Of a DNA stretch of 38,784 nucleotides, positions 9,599-17,311 are shown piece by piece (position 1 is the stretch's first letter; each line of letters opens with the position of its first letter). Both the position numbers and the translations under genes were made by a program. The stretch lies in NCBI GenBank assembly GCA_017610385.1, contig JAFCCC010000008.1, positions 1 through 38,784 of the forward strand, in the 5' to 3' direction. This DNA comes from Candidatus Nanohalarchaeota archaeon (lineage in GTDB: Archaea; Nanohalarchaeota; Nanosalinia; Nanosalinales; JAFCCC01). Under the pieces are notes generated by a model. That model was not told where the DNA came from, did no database searches, and saw nothing but the letters and a program-made list of their open reading frames with translations.

Positions 9599-10386
9599 AA
9601 TTTAAGTTATTTGGTAGATTAAAACAAAATGCAAAAAAAGAACCTAAAATAGAAGCGAATTTAAAACCTGCTGAAGAAATACCAGTTAATGAAGTTAGAC
9701 GAATGAGTTCTCAGGGAGTTTCTCAAGGAGAGATTGTTAATCAATTAAGAAATACTGGGTATACTTATTCTCAAATAAATAAGGCGATGAATGAAGCAGT
9801 TAAAGAAACAACAAAAATGGGTGGAATTCAAAATCAAACGCCTATGCAAAGTCAGATGTCCTCAGGTATGCCACAACCGGAAATAAATACTCAATTACCG
9901 CCAAAGGCAACACCACAGGTTCAAAATAACCAATCGAATGAGCGGTCATTTGAATACCCGCAAAATATACAATATACTGGACCCTCTAAAGAAGAACTTG
10001 GATTACAAAGCCAGGATGCATTTGCTGCCGCAGCATCACAACAGCAACAATTTTTGGTTCCTGAAAATACAGAAGAATTAATAGAGGTTATGATTGCTGA
10101 AAAGATGATTGATGTTGAAGATGAATTTGAAAGATCGCATAATAAAATTTCTGATCTTGAGAAAATTATTCTAGAGTTAAGAGACACAGTAAAAGAACTT
10201 CAGATTAGAAAAGATGAGGATGAAAAAAAGTTCTTGGGAAAGGTTATTGAAATTGAAGATTTTTTAGAAGGATCTCAAAGTAGACTTGGTGGATTAGAAA
10301 AAGCTGTTCAACAAGTTTTGCCTACTTTAGTTGAAAATGTTCGTGATTTAACAGGAGTAGTTGAGGATGCAAAGAAAAAAGAGTAA
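9595..10386 (+). CDS. Hypothetical protein: small helical N-domain, Gln/Pro-rich linker, C-terminal coiled coil
   Basis: GTG start overlaps the upstream stop (GTGA) with a GGAGG SD upstream; domain layout read from composition. Confidence 0.75.
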   Translation: MKFKLFGRLKQNAKKEPKIEANLKPAEEIPVNEVRRMSSQGVSQGEIVNQLRNTGYTYSQINKAMNEAVKETTKMGGIQNQTPMQSQMSSGMPQPEINTQLPPKATPQVQNNQSNERSFEYPQNIQYTGPSKEELGLQSQDAFAAAASQQQQFLVPENTEELIEVMIAEKMIDVEDEFERSHNKISDLEKIILELRDTVKELQIRKDEDEKKFLGKVIEIEDFLEGSQSRLGGLEKAVQQVLPTLVENVRDLTGVVEDAKKKE

Positions 10387-10400
10387 TTTCTAGTTTAATT

Positions 10401-10964
10401 TTATGGGCTATCTCCGCCACCGTTTTTAGTAACAAGCCAGATAACTAATACAATTACTCCGAGCATTATTGCTATTCCGAAAACACTTAAAAATGCTTCG
10501 GAAGAGAAAAACGAACCAAATGCCGTGCCAACACTACTAGCAGTCATTGAAATGTTAAACACCAAAAAAACAATCATTGTGATAATTAAAATAGCTAAAA
10601 TCACGAAAATAATCCATTTGGCTGTTTTTTTATCAGTACTCATTAAATCTTCTAATTTGATATTAAAGAAACCCATTAAAATTGCAATGGCCAATAAAGC
10701 GACTAAAACAACCGCAAATCTAGAAAAAAATATAGTAAAGAAATCTGCAGGAATAAACGTATAAATGCCGCCTAGAACCAGCAAAGAAACACAAAGTGAA
10801 ATTATTAAATTAACTCCTTTATTGTCTCCAAATGCCTTTACATATTCTAAAATCCCATAAACTACTGCGAAAACTAACAACATTGGCAATAAAAAGTTAT
10901 AAAAGCCGAAATTTCTCAAGTTTTCCACAAAAAATTCAAATCCTGCCATGTTTGTACAGCTCAC
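10401..10964 (-). CDS. Multi-pass membrane protein (paralog family)
   Basis: About 5 TM helices; motif FLLPMLLVFAVVYGIL...FG.NKGVNLIIS. Confidence 0.8.
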   Translation of the reverse strand: MSCTNMAGFEFFVENLRNFGFYNFLLPMLLVFAVVYGILEYVKAFGDNKGVNLIISLCVSLLVLGGIYTFIPADFFTIFFSRFAVVLVALLAIAILMGFFNIKLEDLMSTDKKTAKWIIFVILAILIITMIVFLVFNISMTASSVGTAFGSFFSSEAFLSVFGIAIMLGVIVLVIWLVTKNGGGDSP

Positions 10965-10965
10965 T

Positions 10966-11553
10966 TCACTTTCGTGCAGCTTTCTTTGCTATTCTTTTTT
11001 GAGTACCCTCAGCACTCGTATCCAAAAATGTCCAGACGACTAAAGCAACTAGCCCTACCACTACCAATAACAATACAATTGTTTGTGCACTAATGGCCAT
11101 ATGTGGTAAGTTAAAATTTATACCGAAAATTCCTATGCCGCCAGATTGCCTAAACAGCATGAAAATAACAAATGCGCAGATTGCAAAAATCAGCCATTTT
11201 ATCCATGCTTTATCACCAAATACAGTCGTAAAATTCTCGCCTTTAATCACACCATATAAAATAAAGAGGAATAATACTCCAACCAAAATAACCGCCAAAT
11301 AACCAGACATATTGACAACAATAGTTGAGAACCAGATCAAATAACTAGTTGAATAAGTTATAAAAAGAGTTAAAATAATAGAAATTATAATATTTATTTT
11401 GTGGCCTTTTGTAGTGTCTCCAAAAATATTAATCATTTCAAGAATTCCGTATAAAATGACTACTAAAAGAATTATTGGTAAAACCACGTGATAAAAACCG
11501 CTTTGTCCTAAAATTCCTTGTTGCCCCAGCCATTGTTCGAAATTAAATGTCAT
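10966..11553 (-). CDS. Multi-pass membrane protein, paralog of 10401-10964
   Basis: Motif VVLPIILLVVILYGIL..INIFG.....INIIIS. Confidence 0.8.
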   Translation of the reverse strand: MTFNFEQWLGQQGILGQSGFYHVVLPIILLVVILYGILEMINIFGDTTKGHKINIIISIILTLFITYSTSYLIWFSTIVVNMSGYLAVILVGVLFLFILYGVIKGENFTTVFGDKAWIKWLIFAICAFVIFMLFRQSGGIGIFGINFNLPHMAISAQTIVLLLVVVGLVALVVWTFLDTSAEGTQKRIAKKAARK

Positions 11554-11664
11554 TTTTCAATAATAATATTAGCTTAAACTCCTTATAAAAGATTCGATTA
11601 TTGTATTACATGCGAACTACACCATGCGGAATATATATATACGCCTTAAAAACAATATCATTCT

Positions 11665-12765
11665 ATGAAAAAATTCTCATCACTTTTTTTACTGGGTGTT
11701 TTAATCATAAGCTTTACAAATTTGGTTTCTGCTTCATGTCCTATGACTGGAAAACCAGAGATTACTAGTCTTAGTTCTATCAGCAATTTTATGACTCAAT
11801 TTACCTCAAATTTTTTCAATGGTGTGTGTTGGGCAGAACATGCGCTCGATGCGATAATTTTCTTTATTGTTCCTATTATATTTTTGATTGTTTTATTGAA
11901 AGCAATTATGGATGAAATTAATATATTTAATGGAAAAGTAACTTGGGCTCTGTCTATCTGCATCGCAATCATGGCGATTCCAATGGGAATTTATTCTGGT
12001 TTACTTACTGTTATGGCAAATATTGGAGCAATATTTGCCACGGTGGTGTTCTTTGCAGTTGTATTTGTAATTGGATTAAGTAAATGGTATAGAAAAAAAG
12101 CTAAAGAATATGACTTCTTAATGGGAAACAGATTTTTAACTGTGTTGGTAGTTCATTCTCCTCTAATTGTTTTATTTACTCTCACAGGAATCTGGCTTGG
12201 TACAATAAAACTGGGAACTAATTATTTGTTCCAGTTTGCCGCAGAAGGCATTCAAACAGGTAGCTCAGGAATGATTTCTTTGTATGCGTTATCATTTATT
12301 GCGATCATAACTGCTGTTTTATTGTTGGTTTTGAAAGAAGGTAGAAAAAATTGGAAGGGAGTTATTATGGTCGGAATTTTGGCGGGAATTGCAACAATAG
12401 TTTTTTCAAATTTAAGTGTTGGGGATTTAAAAGCACAATCTTCTACTTTGGGAGCTGTCTTTGGGTTTATGATTGGTATGGGATTTGCTTTGTTAGAGTG
12501 GGGAAGAAAACATTCTTTAAAAATTAAAGCAATTGATGACCAAGCAAAAGAAGGTCTTGATGGAATTCAAAGAAACATTGAACAAGCTAAATCCGACTTA
12601 AAAATAGCTAAAAAGAATTTAGAGTCTGCTACTGGAGAAGCTGCTGTGGGTTATAGGGATCAAATAATTTACATAGAAAAAAGGCTTGAGGATCTTAAAT
12701 ACAGTCGTCAAGAATTATTAGATACTGCAAATGCCGCAGCCATGAAAAAAATATGGAATAAATAA
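11665..12765 (+). CDS. Multi-pass membrane protein with signal peptide and C-terminal coiled coil
   Basis: Signal peptide, many TM helices, related motif FIVPIIFL...INIFNGKVTWALSI, heptad-rich tail. Confidence 0.75.
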   Translation: MKKFSSLFLLGVLIISFTNLVSASCPMTGKPEITSLSSISNFMTQFTSNFFNGVCWAEHALDAIIFFIVPIIFLIVLLKAIMDEINIFNGKVTWALSICIAIMAIPMGIYSGLLTVMANIGAIFATVVFFAVVFVIGLSKWYRKKAKEYDFLMGNRFLTVLVVHSPLIVLFTLTGIWLGTIKLGTNYLFQFAAEGIQTGSSGMISLYALSFIAIITAVLLLVLKEGRKNWKGVIMVGILAGIATIVFSNLSVGDLKAQSSTLGAVFGFMIGMGFALLEWGRKHSLKIKAIDDQAKEGLDGIQRNIEQAKSDLKIAKKNLESATGEAAVGYRDQIIYIEKRLEDLKYSRQELLDTANAAAMKKIWNK

Positions 12766-12806
12766 ATCAACCCATCTTTTTATTCTAAAAAGTTTAAGGT
12801 AATTCT

Positions 12807-13904
12807 ATGGCAATTATTTGTTGGCTTGGATGGATCATGGTTGGACCGTTTTGGTTATTCTCGTGGATAGTAACCAAGTTAATGAATGGTTTTCCGCAAA
12901 TAAATGTCCCTCAGGCATATGGAACTTGGGTATCTTTAGTTTTATCGGTTATTTTGGTGTGGGCACTTTTTTATGCGATTATTAATGCGGTTACAGAAGG
13001 AGCATATCAACAAATGAATAAAAAGTTCAGAAAACTTGCTAATAATGTTCTAGGGTTTTTGGCTGGTTTTACTATACTCGCCTTAATTAGAATTTTGCTA
13101 GACTTTGAATCCACATGCCACCAGAATAAATTACCAGGAATTCCTGATTTAGCAGTCATAAAAGCGCAGATTATGACGTGGATTGCGACGGCAAATCAAT
13201 TTTTGTTGAGTGACGGCGTATTTTTTGCGTTTAATAGAATTATTTTTCCTTTAGCGTTTCTTGTAGGATTTTATGCATTTATTAGCTCTTTAGCTGTATT
13301 CAGAAAGAAGTGGGTTAATTTTGTTTTATCGTTGTGTATTTCAGTAATGATGATAGTTAGTCCTGCTTTGGAAATAATAACGAATTTCTTTTTGAGTAGT
13401 ATTATTAACTTACTTCTTGGTGGAGCAATATTGTATTTGATATTGAAATCTTGGAAACTTTTATTTGTGTATTTAAAAAACCAGCTAAAGGAAAAGAATC
13501 AGGTTATGACGATAACGAACCATATTACGACAGCATTCTTTTTCATAATATATTACATAGTGGTGGGTGTTTTAACGGGAATTTTAGGATTTGGCAACCC
13601 TGTATGGAATATTATGTGGGGGGCCATGACAGGATTTATTTTGTTTGGTTTGGCATATTACAAGTATTATCTTGCGCCATTCTTCAAATACAAGAATTTA
13701 ATAAGGTATCGGGATGAAATAAATGCTGAACTTAAAAATGCCGAAGCAAAGATGAATACTGCAGAAACAGAGGTTGCTAGAAAAGCGTATCAAGACGTGT
13801 ATATGAAAATATTAATGAAAAAGGAGAACTTGGAAATGGGTTTGGAGGACGTTCAAGAGGCAATAACTGCAATTAGAATGGGGTTGAAGCGCCGTGCCAA
13901 CTAG
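12807..13904 (+). CDS. Multi-pass membrane protein with C-terminal coiled coil
   Basis: Related motif IIFPLAFL...AVFRKKWVNFVLSLCIS; coiled-coil tail like 11665. Confidence 0.75.
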   Translation: MAIICWLGWIMVGPFWLFSWIVTKLMNGFPQINVPQAYGTWVSLVLSVILVWALFYAIINAVTEGAYQQMNKKFRKLANNVLGFLAGFTILALIRILLDFESTCHQNKLPGIPDLAVIKAQIMTWIATANQFLLSDGVFFAFNRIIFPLAFLVGFYAFISSLAVFRKKWVNFVLSLCISVMMIVSPALEIITNFFLSSIINLLLGGAILYLILKSWKLLFVYLKNQLKEKNQVMTITNHITTAFFFIIYYIVVGVLTGILGFGNPVWNIMWGAMTGFILFGLAYYKYYLAPFFKYKNLIRYRDEINAELKNAEAKMNTAETEVARKAYQDVYMKILMKKENLEMGLEDVQEAITAIRMGLKRRAN

Positions 13905-14250
13905 TATTGGTATTCCGTTTTTTACATTTCTCTTAGAAATTATATTAATTTTGATTATAACTAAACTAACAGACCGAAAAGTGACTTATGAAAGCGTTGC
14001 TACCAATGGAATAATCACAACGATGGCTGCGGGTACTTTATTATTTGATAAAAAACCAGCAGGATTTTTGCTTTTGGCATATGCGTCTTTGTTGTTAACA
14101 GCAGGTGTAAGAGCGCATGAAGACAAAAAATTTGGATTTGAAGATAAATTTAGTAAGGCGCTTAAATTTTTTGGGCATTATTTAACTGTTAGTATTGTTC
14201 TTACAGTAGTTCTTATTTTAGCGTATATTGTGCCTTTATTTTTAGACTAA
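13894..14250 (+). CDS. Small membrane protein
   Basis: GTG start overlapping the previous gene; about 4 hydrophobic segments. Confidence 0.65.
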   Translation: MPTSIGIPFFTFLLEIILILIITKLTDRKVTYESVATNGIITTMAAGTLLFDKKPAGFLLLAYASLLLTAGVRAHEDKKFGFEDKFSKALKFFGHYLTVSIVLTVVLILAYIVPLFLD

Positions 14251-14318
14251 TAAATTCGTTTTTAACTGGGGAGTTTATTTTTAAATTAAATAGCTAAGTT
14301 TAGAATAATGGCTTGATT

Positions 14319-14456
14319 TCATTTCTTTTCACGCTTAATTCCGAATTTTAAGCCCATTCTGCCAAGAACATATCCAAATAAAATACAGAGAATCATCAGA
14401 CTAATTGATTCTATCTGATTTTGATAGATTAAAGTACCTATACTATTTAAAATCAT
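14319..14456 (-). CDS. 45-aa single-pass membrane protein (not in ORF track)
   Basis: Manual translation MILNSIGTLIYQNQIESISLMILCILFGYVLGRMGLKFGIKREKK*; TM helix plus basic tail; begins 1 nt after the upstream small ORF's stop. Confidence 0.6.
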   Translation of the reverse strand: MILNSIGTLIYQNQIESISLMILCILFGYVLGRMGLKFGIKREKK

Positions 14457-14457
14457 G

Positions 14458-14625
14458 TTAATCACACTGGGTTAATATAAAACCTCCAATTAAAACTAAA
14501 ATACCTAAAACACTTTCTATCCAAATAAGTGTATTTTCAATTAAAAAAAAAGGTAAGACGGAAATTAATGCTCCTAAAATAATTTCTGCTCCAGCAATAA
14601 ATTTTTTATCGAAGATTTTGTTCAT
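14458..14625 (-). CDS. 55-aa two-helix membrane protein (not in ORF track)
   Basis: Manual translation MNKIFDKKFIAGAEIILGALISVLPFFLIENTLIWIESVLGILVLIGGFILTQCD*. Confidence 0.65.
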   Translation of the reverse strand: MNKIFDKKFIAGAEIILGALISVLPFFLIENTLIWIESVLGILVLIGGFILTQCD

Positions 14626-14652
14626 AATTATAATTTGGTTTCGCAGTTTAAA

Positions 14653-14907
14653 TTAATTTTCTTTGAGAAAGCCATATCTTAAACCGATTTCTAGCCAACT
14701 AAAGCTCCATAAGAGTGCTTCAAAAGAGCGAATAAAATCCTTCTGTTCAAAAAAATGTTGAGAATCTTTGTAATATGCTTTTGTATTTTTCAAAAAATCG
14801 TCTCCTTTTTCTGTATTGATTACTGTTTTCAAACGAGTTTCTAATATGTCTGTCCATTTTTCAATTTCTTTTTTAAGTTTAATTTCTGTGTCATCCATTT
14901 TAATCAA
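14653..14907 (-). CDS. DUF357 family protein
   Basis: AYYKDSQHFFEQKDFIRSFEALLWSFSWLEIG pattern; coupled downstream of dph5, its usual context. Confidence 0.8.
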   Translation of the reverse strand: MIKMDDTEIKLKKEIEKWTDILETRLKTVINTEKGDDFLKNTKAYYKDSQHFFEQKDFIRSFEALLWSFSWLEIGLRYGFLKEN

Positions 14908-15619
14908 TTAAACTAAGATATTCTTGTTCTTTATCGTCTAATCTTCCTGGAATTATCAAAGAGTGTGGTAAATCACCCAACACACTTTTCTTTAAGTTTT
15001 CAAAAGAATCATAAATGATTGTCTGATTTGGACTTCCTAATTTACATAGAATCATTAGTTTTTTTCTTTGTAATATTTTTTTATGATCTAACTGCTCTAA
15101 AATTTCAAGTGCCTCTTTTGCACTTAAGCCTATATCTAATAAGACCAACGAATGCATTTTATTTTCTAAATTAAATTTGATTATTTCGTAAGGAGATTCT
15201 GGGTAAGAATACTTCTGATATTTTTTTGGTAGGGTGGTTGTTCTTCCAAATTTATATAGAGAAAGTCCAGTTTCTGCGATTATAGTAAATATCGAACAAC
15301 TATGAATTATTTCAAAATCAATATTTTTTGATTTACATTCCGCTAACATTTCAAAGTGCGTTGTTGCAGTCAAAGGATCTCCGGAAACTAACAAAGCGAT
15401 GTTTTTATTGGCGGCTTCTTGCAAAAACATTAGATTTTCAATGGAATCTCTATTTAAAATTTTAATTTTTTTACTGATTTTTTTTTCTAATTCTTTTAAA
15501 TTATACATATTGAGGTTCGTATAAAATTCAGCACAAACTAAATCAGATCGTTTTAGTTTATCTAAGCCTTTTAGAGTTAAATCTCCGTTACTCATTCCTA
15601 AACCGATTAAATAAAACAT
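14900..15619 (-). CDS. dph5: Diphthine synthase (diphthamide biosynthesis methyltransferase)
   Basis: MFYLIGLG, EFYT, LVSGDPLTATTH, TGLSLYKFGRTTT and HSLVLLDI motifs. Confidence 0.95.
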   Translation of the reverse strand: MFYLIGLGMSNGDLTLKGLDKLKRSDLVCAEFYTNLNMYNLKELEKKISKKIKILNRDSIENLMFLQEAANKNIALLVSGDPLTATTHFEMLAECKSKNIDFEIIHSCSIFTIIAETGLSLYKFGRTTTLPKKYQKYSYPESPYEIIKFNLENKMHSLVLLDIGLSAKEALEILEQLDHKKILQRKKLMILCKLGSPNQTIIYDSFENLKKSVLGDLPHSLIIPGRLDDKEQEYLSLID

Positions 15620-15670
15620 AATTATAATTTGGGGGTAACATTTAACAACCTTTTTCTTTATTCTATACTT

Positions 15671-16489
15671 ATGAATTTAAAAGAAAAGCTGAAAGACAGA
15701 TTAACTGAAAAAGAATTATCTTATTTAATTAGATCTTTTGAAATTCTAGGAGATATTGCAGTAATTCAAGTTCCAAAACTTTTAGAAAATAAAAAAATGA
15801 TAATCGCTCGAGCGGTTAAAGAACAACATAAACATATTAAAACCGTTCTAAGAAAAATCGAAAAAGTTGATACAGAATTTAGAGTTCCGCGTTATGAACT
15901 TTTAATTGGAACAGGAACAGAAACAATTTATAAAGAGAATGACTGCCGTTATACCTTAGATCCAACTTTGGTTTACTTTTCTGAGAAATTAGGAACAGAA
16001 AGAGCGAGGATTTTGGAACAAGTTAGGGAAGGGGAAACAATTCACGCATGGTTTGCGGGTGTTGGACCGTATCCTATTCTAATTGCAAAAAATAAATCTG
16101 TTAAAATTATTGCAATTGAAAAAAATCCGAAGGCGTGCAAATATCTAGAAAAAAATGTTCTTTTGAATAAAGTACAAGATAAAATTAAAATTTATGAAGG
16201 AGATGTGCGGGAAATTGCGCCCAAAATAGGTGTTTTGGCAGATCGAACAATTATGCCACTTCCAAAAACATCAGAATTATTTTTGGATTTAGCATTGACA
16301 TATACAAAAACAGGTGGAATAGTTCATTACTATTGTTTTGGTACTGAAGATGAATTGGAAATAATTAAAGCTAAAATTAAAGAAGAATCTAAAAAACAAA
16401 AAAAAGAGGTGGATTTTTTAGGGGCGTACAAATGTGGGGTTTTGGGTCCTAAAATATATCGGTTCTGTATTGATTTTCAAATAAATTAA
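15671..16489 (+). CDS. Trm5/Taw2-family SAM-dependent tRNA position-37 modification enzyme
   Basis: SFEILGDIAVI, KENDCRY.LD...VYFS.KL..ER.RI, FAGVGPY, ADRTIMPLPK, GGIVHYY. ATG 15671 is a more plausible start than TTG 15629. Confidence 0.9.
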   Translation: MNLKEKLKDRLTEKELSYLIRSFEILGDIAVIQVPKLLENKKMIIARAVKEQHKHIKTVLRKIEKVDTEFRVPRYELLIGTGTETIYKENDCRYTLDPTLVYFSEKLGTERARILEQVREGETIHAWFAGVGPYPILIAKNKSVKIIAIEKNPKACKYLEKNVLLNKVQDKIKIYEGDVREIAPKIGVLADRTIMPLPKTSELFLDLALTYTKTGGIVHYYCFGTEDELEIIKAKIKEESKKQKKEVDFLGAYKCGVLGPKIYRFCIDFQIN

Positions 16490-16504
16490 CGAAACATTTA
16501 TATA
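16490..16504 (+). promoter_or_regulatory. BRE-TATA promoter, probably leaderless transcript
   Basis: CGAAA..TTTATATA ending about 26 nt before ATG 16530. Confidence 0.6.
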
Positions 16505-16529
16505 GTAGTAGTTACTTCTTAGTAGTATT

Positions 16530-17234
16530 ATGTTTACATCAATAGATGTTCAAAATGCTCTAGAAGGAGTAGATAATTTTGGAAGGTATTTGGCTCATAG
16601 AAGTGGTCGAACAGATGAAAACTATACTATCTTAAAAAGCAAATTAAAAAGAACTTTATACGCGGTTCCGATGGGTTTGGGGATTTTTTTTAACTATGGT
16701 TGTGCTGACCCCTCTGTTGCGGACGCCTCTAAAATTCCGGAAAATATAAAACCAGACTATGTGGTAGTGAATCAGGCTGAACCACAAAGAAACAAATCCT
16801 GTGAAGAAAATCCTATTGTAGATCAAAGTTCTGGGAAAATAACTGTTGGTTTTACAATTCAAATCGGGGATTTAAAAATTAGAATTGGGGGAGCCGAAAA
16901 TGAAAGATCAGAAAACAATACACCTTCTAAAGAAAACTACAATGAGTGCCCAGATATGGCGGGTGGTGTAAGCTTAAGAATTCCTACAGAAGTTCAAAGA
17001 GCAATTAGTCGATTGGATAAAAATTCACAATATTATCCAGATGCCATAGGTGCTTTAAATAATGCTTTAGTTGCTAATGCTGATTTTCCGGGAAGACCGG
17101 GGGGAACTTTTACTGCTACAGATGTTGCAGGAAATATTAATCCTGTTAGAATTGATTTAAATCCAAATTTTGTTGATCAAGGGTATACAATTACAGATTG
17201 CGTCCTAAATGAAATCAGAAAAGCGACACATTAG
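16530..17234 (+). CDS. Hypothetical protein, possibly a lipoprotein
   Basis: Long ORF with own promoter; internal KKR-like basic patch, hydrophobic stretch and YGC lipobox-like site. Confidence 0.6.
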   Translation: MFTSIDVQNALEGVDNFGRYLAHRSGRTDENYTILKSKLKRTLYAVPMGLGIFFNYGCADPSVADASKIPENIKPDYVVVNQAEPQRNKSCEENPIVDQSSGKITVGFTIQIGDLKIRIGGAENERSENNTPSKENYNECPDMAGGVSLRIPTEVQRAISRLDKNSQYYPDAIGALNNALVANADFPGRPGGTFTATDVAGNINPVRIDLNPNFVDQGYTITDCVLNEIRKATH

Positions 17235-17264
17235 TATACTTATTTCTTACAAGTAGTAAACTAA

Positions 17265-17280
17265 CCGAAAACTATATAAA
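17265..17280 (+). promoter_or_regulatory. BRE-TATA promoter
   Basis: CCGAAAA-C-TATATAAA about 32 nt before ATG 17312. Confidence 0.6.
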
Positions 17281-17311
17281 CTAAATATTACTACTACTAA
17301 GTTACAGAATC

